Source of the DNA: Chloroflexota bacterium
Lineage (GTDB): Bacteria > Chloroflexota > Limnocylindria > Limnocylindrales > CSP1-4
Length of the DNA: 64,000 bases
NCBI GenBank assembly: GCA_025351245.1
Contig: JANXWH010000087.1
Coordinates: 4,822 to 68,821 of the forward strand
Direction of reading: 5' to 3'
Every line of letters begins with the position of its first letter. The first letter of the stretch is position 1. A program made the position numbers and the translations under genes. Below the pieces are notes generated by a model. That model ran no database searches, had not been told where the DNA came from, and worked only from the letters and a program-made list of their open reading frames with translations. This document shows, one piece after another, positions 59,323 to 64,000 of the stretch.

Positions 59323-59727
59323 TCACGGAGCGATCAGGACGAGGTTCGGGAAGTACGTGCGGTAGCGAGTGGCGTCGCGGGTGAGCAGGCGATACCCGGC
59401 GACCGCGGCGTGGGCGCCGATATAGAAGTCCGGGAGCTGCGAGCGCTTGAGTCCCCCGTGCCGCCGGTACCGCAGGAAGCACATGCCGGCCAGGAATGCG
59501 GCCTCGTATGGAAGCGCCTCGCGCCGGTAGAGGTCACCGGGAAGCGCGGCCTCCAGATCCTCGATCACCGAGAACCCGAGAGAGACCTCGGCGTAGACGA
59601 GCGGATTGATCACCAGGATGGCCTCGTCGGCGGCTCGTTCGAGCGCCCGGCCGGACCAGTCGCCCCAGAGCGGGTCGTTCGTGGCGACGTCCAGAAGGAC
59701 GTTGCTGTCGACCAGGACCGGGTCCAT
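59323..59727 (-). CDS. vapC: PIN-domain toxin VapC
   Basis: VLVDSNVLLD, LVYAEV, DFYIGAHA..GYRLLTRD. ATG shares its A with the vapB stop. Confidence 0.88.
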   Translation of the reverse strand: MDPVLVDSNVLLDVATNDPLWGDWSGRALERAADEAILVINPLVYAEVSLGFSVIEDLEAALPGDLYRREALPYEAAFLAGMCFLRYRRHGGLKRSQLPDFYIGAHAAVAGYRLLTRDATRYRTYFPNLVLIAP

Positions 59728-59963
59728 CAGTCGCCGCGGGTGAGGGCCATGATCTCGTCAGTGGTCATCCGGACGCGACCGCCGGACGCACGCAACCGCT
59801 GGACCGCCCTCGCTCCTCGCGACGGCCGCCCACCCGACGCGGTCTTGACGATCCTGACGTCGCCGCCGTCGACGACGAACTCCACGTCGGTGTTCGGCAG
59901 CAGCCCGGTCTGTTCCCGGACTGTCTGCGGGATCGTCACCTGGCCCTTCGATGTGATCCGCAT
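59727..59963 (-). CDS. vapB: AbrB/SpoVT-type antitoxin VapB
   Basis: MRITSKGQVTIPQTVRE swapped-hairpin motif. 78 aa. GGGAGG RBS. Confidence 0.88.
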   Translation of the reverse strand: MRITSKGQVTIPQTVREQTGLLPNTDVEFVVDGGDVRIVKTASGGRPSRGARAVQRLRASGGRVRMTTDEIMALTRGD

Positions 59964-59983
59964 CGTGCGCCTCCCGCTGCGTT

Positions 59984-60001
59984 CTTACCGTACACAGTAA
60001 G
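59984..60001. promoter_or_regulatory. inverted repeat in the vapBC promoter region
   Basis: CTTAC-CGTACACA-GTAAG, located 21-38 nt upstream of the vapB ATG. Confidence 0.35.
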
Positions 60002-60025
60002 ACTCGGCGATGGATCGGTCAAGAT

Positions 60026-60059
60026 GCGTCGACCTGCCATGTGAAGCGTCGACCTGCCA
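60026..60059. repeat. two perfect 14-nt direct repeats, 20-nt period
   Basis: GCGTCGACCTGCCA at 60026-60039 and 60046-60059. Each contains the GTCGAC palindrome. Located upstream of vapB. Confidence 0.9.
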
Positions 60060-60135
60060 GAAGGCCCAGGACGCAGGACCCCGACAATCGTCCAACGCCC
60101 ACCCCGGGGTCCCGGACGGGATGATCCTGCTGCGA

Positions 60136-61101
60136 TCAGCCCGCAAGGGCGAGGAGCGGGTCGCCCTCGTTCATCGCGAGCGACGTGACGAGGAAGATGA
60201 CCACGCCGTCGAGCGGCGCGATCGGTTGCTCGAGGACCTTGCCGAAGGCGTCGCGCACCTCCCCCACGACCGTGCCCTTCGCGATCCGCATGCCGACCTC
60301 GACCGAGGGGTGCCAGTACCCTGTTCTCGTCGCGCGCATCCACGCCTCCGTCCGGAGGAGCTCGGTCACGTGGCGCGGCGTTTCGGGCGCCTCGTCGACG
60401 AGGCCTGCAGCGCGAAGCAGCCGCCGGAAGCCCGCCGCGTGGAGGGCGACGTCCTCGGCCGGCCAGCGGCCCTGCCCGCCCACCTCGCCAAGCACCGCGG
60501 AGATGCCGAGCGAAGCGGCGGCCGTCGTGGTCGTGCCCGATGCGGGCCCGACGAGGAGATAGTGCAGGCCGTACGCTTCGGCGAGGGTGCGGCTCCGTGC
60601 GTCCACATCGGCGTCGCCAGTCTCCTCGATTCCCGTGAACGATACGAGCGCCTCATTCATGTCACCGCAGTGCATGTCGACGAAGACGTCGGACCCCGCG
60701 ATGACATGGTCGGTGATCCATCGCGCCAGCCGCTGGGTCGGCGAGCCATCCGCCTTCCCCGGGAAGACGCGGTTGAGGTTCGTGCCGTCCATCGGGTTGA
60801 GGTAGATCGTGCGGGCAGCGAACGCGGCCGGGTTCGCAGTGAGGACCGCGACGAGCGACCCGCGCACGCGGGCGGGGTCAAGGCTCATTGCGACCTCGCG
60901 AAGCGCGGCGATCGACACGTACTCGGCCCCGTGGATCCCCGCGGTCACTGCCACCCGCGCGCCGGGCAACGCGCCGTGGACGACCACGATCGGCAGGTCG
61001 ACCAGGCGGCCCTCGCCCAGGTCGACGGGGACAACCCCGATCACACGGGTGCCCGGCCCGGCGACGAGAGGACCGACGGTGAGGGGCGTTCGGTTCTTCA
61101 T
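60136..61101 (-). CDS. succinylglutamate desuccinylase/aspartoacylase (AstE/AspA, M14-like) family protein
   Basis: ATG 61101 (MKNRTPL). VTAGIHGAEY (Zn ligands), DMHCGD. 321 aa. Confidence 0.75.
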   Translation of the reverse strand: MKNRTPLTVGPLVAGPGTRVIGVVPVDLGEGRLVDLPIVVVHGALPGARVAVTAGIHGAEYVSIAALREVAMSLDPARVRGSLVAVLTANPAAFAARTIYLNPMDGTNLNRVFPGKADGSPTQRLARWITDHVIAGSDVFVDMHCGDMNEALVSFTGIEETGDADVDARSRTLAEAYGLHYLLVGPASGTTTTAAASLGISAVLGEVGGQGRWPAEDVALHAAGFRRLLRAAGLVDEAPETPRHVTELLRTEAWMRATRTGYWHPSVEVGMRIAKGTVVGEVRDAFGKVLEQPIAPLDGVVIFLVTSLAMNEGDPLLALAG

Positions 61102-61141
61102 GACCCCAACCCTACCGCTCGGCGACACAATCCGTGGCAGG

Positions 61142-61411
61142 CTACCGGCCCAGGACGACGTCGATCCCAGCGAGCACCAGGTCCAGCTTCGGCCGCGACA
61201 GCTTGCCCACGCGCTCGACGAGGACCGACCGGTCCAGGGTCACGAGCTGCGATACGTTGGCGACCGAGTCGCGCGGAAGGCCCGTCGAGCGCGCAGTCAG
61301 CAGCACGTTCCCCGGTGCCTCGGCCCACCTGAGGTTGCTCGTGAGCGGGACGCAGAGGGCCGTGCGGAGCGCGCTGCGGTTGAACGCGTCACCCCTGTAC
61401 CGTAGCGACAT
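61142..61411 (-). pseudogene. 5'-truncated mazF paralog
   Basis: ..DAFNRSALRTALCVPLTSNLRWAEAPGNVLLTARSTGLPRDSVANVSQLVTLDRSVLVERVGKLSRPKLDLVLAGIDVVLGR. It lacks the N-terminal GDVWW..RRPV strand region. The break coincides with the phosphatase start codon. Confidence 0.7.
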
Positions 61412-62135
61412 GATCCCAAGCCTCACGGACGGCCGCCACCTCCGACTCCCCGGCACCCGGAACCTTCGCGACATCGGAGGCTACCCGGCGAAGGGCGGTC
61501 GCCGGACCCGGTGGCGGACTCTCCTTCGAACCGATGCGCTGGATGTGATCCCTCCTGCGTCCCAGGACGCGTTGCTCGACATGGGCCTCCGGACCGTGAT
61601 CGATCTGCGCTGGCCCCACGAGCTCACGGAGGCGCCGAGCGTCTTCGCCACGAGCTCCGGCGTTCGGTACCGGAGCATCCCGCTCCTCGAGGACGACCCC
61701 ACCCCGATCATCGGCCTCGCGGCGACCTACCGGCACATGCTCGATGAGCGGGCGCCGCTGCTCGCCGACGTGGCCCGGGCCCTGCTGGAGCCGGACGGCC
61801 TCCCGGCAGTGATCGGCTGCGCTGCCGGCAAGGACCGTACCGGCGTGACCATCGCGCTCCTGCTCTCCGCCGTCGGGGTCCCGGCCGACGTGATCGTCGC
61901 CGACTACGTGCTCACGGGCGTCGCGTTCAGCGAACCCGACCCTGATGATCCCCATTTTCTCGACTGGCGCGCGAGCCCGGTCGAGCTCGAATGCCCGCCG
62001 GCGTACATGGAAGCCATGCTTCAGCACCTGGCGGCCCGCCATGGTGGCGCCGGCAAGCTGCTTCGCCGAAACGGCCTCGTGCCGGCCGACCTGGATCTCC
62101 TCGTCGAGCTCCTGACCGAGCCGGCGCCTGACTGA
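61410..62135 (+). CDS. protein tyrosine/serine phosphatase (CX5R family)
   Basis: ATG 61410. NLRDIGGY, and the active site CAAGKDRTG. 241 aa. Confidence 0.85.
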   Translation: MIPSLTDGRHLRLPGTRNLRDIGGYPAKGGRRTRWRTLLRTDALDVIPPASQDALLDMGLRTVIDLRWPHELTEAPSVFATSSGVRYRSIPLLEDDPTPIIGLAATYRHMLDERAPLLADVARALLEPDGLPAVIGCAAGKDRTGVTIALLLSAVGVPADVIVADYVLTGVAFSEPDPDDPHFLDWRASPVELECPPAYMEAMLQHLAARHGGAGKLLRRNGLVPADLDLLVELLTEPAPD

Positions 62136-62564
62136 GGTGGCTGGCGCAACCCGCCCCCCTCCCCGACTGGCACGCTCCCAGCCCGGACGCGATCACGCCG
62201 GACCGCGCGAGCGTCCAGGCGTGGCTGGACGCCTACGTTCGCGCCTGGCAGTCGTACGCCCCGGCCGCGATCGCCGACCTGTGGACCGAGGATGCGCCCG
62301 TTGTTCCGGCGGGCGCGTGGCGCCCGTTGTGCCGGCGCCCGATTGTTCCGGCGGGCGCGTGGCGCCCGTTGCGCAGGATGCACCAGATTGGCTGTACGCC
62401 GCGCTCGAAGGCGCCCGGACCGACCCTGTCACGACCCCGTGGAGCTCCAGGGCGCGCTTGTTGCCGGCGACGCAACATTCGGGGCCGATGAGCCAGCGAA
62501 TCGGTCCGGGCGGACTCGCTGGGAGCCCGCACCCGTAGTTCCTCAGTCGGATACCAGCGGTTAG
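62132..62564 (+). pseudogene. NTF2/SnoaL-like gene, disrupted (tandem duplication plus frameshift)
   Basis: Frame 2 from CTG 62132 (a CTGA overlap with the phosphatase stop) reads ..DRASVQAWLDAYVRAWQSYAPAAIADLWTEDA. After the repeat, the family-like sequence (HDPVELQGALVAG..ADEP...WEPAPV) continues in frame 0 to TAG 62564. Confidence 0.5.
62297..62371 (+). repeat. 42-bp tandem duplication carrying GGGCGC-GTG-GCGCCC palindromes
   Basis: TTGTTCCGGCGGGCGCGTGGCGCCCGTTG at 62301-62329 and again at 62343-62371. Confidence 0.9.
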
Positions 62565-62603
62565 TTGCAGGCTGCGCAACACGTGCAGGGGCGACGTACC
62601 GGA

Positions 62604-62619
62604 CCGGGGTCGACCCCGG
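62604..62619. repeat. perfect 16-bp palindrome
   Basis: CCGGGGTCGACCCCGG. Confidence 0.9.
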
Positions 62620-62627
62620 CCGCCCAG

Positions 62628-62655
62628 CCAGGTCGCAGAAGCCGCCAGGTCGCAG
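62628..62655 (+). repeat. 11-nt direct repeat, 17-nt period
   Basis: CCAGGTCGCAG at 62628-62638 and 62645-62655, about 85 nt upstream of ATG 62738. Confidence 0.9.
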
Positions 62656-62737
62656 GGCCTCGCGGCCAGCGGTGCTACCCTGAGTCGCCCGAGCCGCCGT
62701 TCCGTCGCTCGAGGCGCACCCAAGATTGGATATCAGC

Positions 62738-63028
62738 ATGGCTCGTACCAAGTTCGCCACCCCTGAAGCACTCATCGTCATCTCGACCGACGGCTATTTC
62801 GACGTCTACCCGTCGGGCGAGCGGGTTCCCAATGCCAGGCCCGCCTATCGAGGGACGATCGACCAGCTCGACCGCGACGTCCGGGCCGGCAACCGGCTGA
62901 CGGTCCGGCCGGATTCCATCGCCCTCCGGGTCGCCGTGGCGTCCTGGTCGTCGGAGCACGGTGCCGCCGCGGTCCGCGGGGATCTTGGGGCAGGCCGCGA
63001 CGGGAAACAGGTCGTTCCCGTAGCCTGA
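62738..63028 (+). CDS. hypothetical protein (96 aa; TTG 62726 alternative start)
   Basis: Protein-like composition (MARTKFATPEALIVISTDGYFDVYPSG...). No recognisable motif. Lies 11 nt upstream of the YbaK-like gene. Confidence 0.45.
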   Translation: MARTKFATPEALIVISTDGYFDVYPSGERVPNARPAYRGTIDQLDRDVRAGNRLTVRPDSIALRVAVASWSSEHGAAAVRGDLGAGRDGKQVVPVA

Positions 63029-63039
63029 TCGGAACGGCC

Positions 63040-63561
63040 ATGCCCGGCGCGGTCGCGTCCAACATGGACGTCGATGGCGACCGTGCGCGGTTCGAACAGG
63101 CCCTCGCGGGGCGCGGCGTGGCGTACGAGCTCTTCCCCTGCGATCCGGCGTTGGCAGACACGGCGGCGTTCTGTTCGGCCTACGGCTTCGACCCGAACGA
63201 TTCCGCCAACACGATCGTTGTCGTCGGCAAATCGGAGCCCCGTCGGTACGCGGTGTGCGTCGTCCTTGCGCCGCATCGGCTGGACGTCAACCGCGTGGTT
63301 CGCGCGCGTCTCGGCACGCGCAAGGCGTCGTTCGCGGCAGCCGAGGAGACGCGTAGCCTGACCGGCATGGAGATCGGCGGTGTCACCCCGTTCGGCCTGC
63401 CGTCCGACCTCCCGATCTGGATCGACGCCGCGGTCATGACGCGCGCGCGAGTCGTCCTCGGCGGCGGCAGTCGTCGCTGGAAGGTCATCGCGCCGCCCGC
63501 GATCCTCCTGACGCTCCCGCGTGTCGAGGTCGTGGACGGCCTGGCGGCCGATCCGAGCTAG
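63040..63561 (+). CDS. YbaK/EbsC-type aminoacyl-tRNA deacylase domain protein
   Basis: 173 aa. NTIVVVGK, TGMEIGGVTPFGL, VVLGGG patterns of the YbaK/ProX editing fold. Confidence 0.75.
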   Translation: MPGAVASNMDVDGDRARFEQALAGRGVAYELFPCDPALADTAAFCSAYGFDPNDSANTIVVVGKSEPRRYAVCVVLAPHRLDVNRVVRARLGTRKASFAAAEETRSLTGMEIGGVTPFGLPSDLPIWIDAAVMTRARVVLGGGSRRWKVIAPPAILLTLPRVEVVDGLAADPS

Positions 63562-63574
63562 GAGGCCCCTCGAC

Positions 63575-63976
63575 ATGGCAGCCCAGCAGTTTCCATTTCG
63601 CATCGGGCAACTGTCACGCCCACTGCTCCGCCTCTTCGGGGTGCGGACCGGCAACGCGTTCGTAGTCGTGGACGACGAGCTGGATGCGCACTTCGGCTTC
63701 TTCCGCATCCAGACACCGGTGACCAACATCGCCTCGTGGCGGATCGAGGGACCGTGGCACTGGATCACGGCGATCGGCGTCCGCAGGAGCGTGCGGCACG
63801 CGGACGTAACGTTCGGTGGCTCCCATCGAGGTGGCGTCCGAGTCGATTTCAGGGACCGGGTCCGGTTCGGGCGCCTCCGAATCCCGGCCCTGTATGTGAC
63901 CGTGGAGGACCTCGAAGGGTTGGCCGCGACGCTTGCGGCGCGAGGGATCCCCGGGGAGGACGCGCGGAGGCGCTGA
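63575..63976 (+). CDS. hypothetical protein (133 aa)
   Basis: ATG 63575 lies 10 nt after AGGAGG. Protein-like composition and no recognisable motif. Confidence 0.5.
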   Translation: MAAQQFPFRIGQLSRPLLRLFGVRTGNAFVVVDDELDAHFGFFRIQTPVTNIASWRIEGPWHWITAIGVRRSVRHADVTFGGSHRGGVRVDFRDRVRFGRLRIPALYVTVEDLEGLAATLAARGIPGEDARRR

Positions 63977-64000
63977 CGGCCCGGGGCGCCAGCACCGACG

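Noticed and set aside
51866-61411. The two mazF copies as boundaries of a composite mobile element
   Set aside because: The copies are only about 80% identical. One is truncated by a neighbouring gene, and there is no transposase, integrase, or terminal inverted repeats.
62297-62371. Repeat at 62.3 kb, and the 14-mers at 60.03 kb, as possible CRISPR arrays
   Set aside because: There are only two copies of each, the spacers (13 and 6 nt) are far too short, and no cas genes are present.

Overview
Very GC-rich (roughly 70% by eye) bacterial chromosomal segment. I recognise about 70 genes, one tRNA and one riboswitch. There is no rRNA, CRISPR array, transposase or integrase that I can see. Positions 1-43.9 kb are tightly packed core genes, many joined by 1-4 nt stop/start overlaps. 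In order they are: asparaginase, tRNA-Val, a T-box leader with thrS, infC-rpmI-rplT-pheS-pheT, cvpA-mpg-mutS2, a class A PBP, tyrS-tdk, and a his operon (hisG-C-B-H-F-IE headed by a TrpR/YerC-like regulator, with hisA divergent). These are followed by an EF-G paralog, yebC-ruvCAB-tgt, a small unlisted ORF, recA-recX, rny-ymdB, a PHP phosphoesterase, miaB-miaA-hflX, an ABC exporter, and a tungsten-type aldehyde:ferredoxin oxidoreductase with a MoaD-like protein. The gene order (pheST-cvpA-mutS2, recA-rny-ymdB, ruvAB-tgt), the T-box and RNase Y look Firmicutes/Chloroflexi-like despite the high GC. F420/LLM-type enzymes point to a Chloroflexota or deep actinobacterial lineage, but this is a tentative guess. 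From about 43.9 kb onward the window looks accessory. It holds a 650-bp stretch with no credible CDS, then four toxin-antitoxin type modules: HTH-PIN, wHTH-MNT/HEPN, AbrB-VapB/VapC, and an orphan MazF plus a truncated MazF paralog. The same region carries several gene remnants, an ettA-led operon, ArsR-SRPBCC, YCII-sigma, LLM/FMN-reductase, transporters, and short repeats or palindromes in promoter regions. The most notable observations follow. (1) Three genes can only start at a CTG embedded in a CTGA stop/start overlap; for miaA the P-loop lies upstream of every canonical start. (2) A TrpR-like regulator sits at the head of the his operon next to a 34-bp palindrome that fills the divergent promoter. 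(3) A winged-helix domain is fused to the MNT partner of a HEPN toxin. (4) infC probably has a non-canonical start. (5) A conserved-looking 53-codon Lys-rich ORF lies upstream of recA. I did not find a clearly new multi-gene system, and the candidates are ranked accordingly. Many long ORFs in the supplied track are antisense or run-through artefacts of the high GC content.
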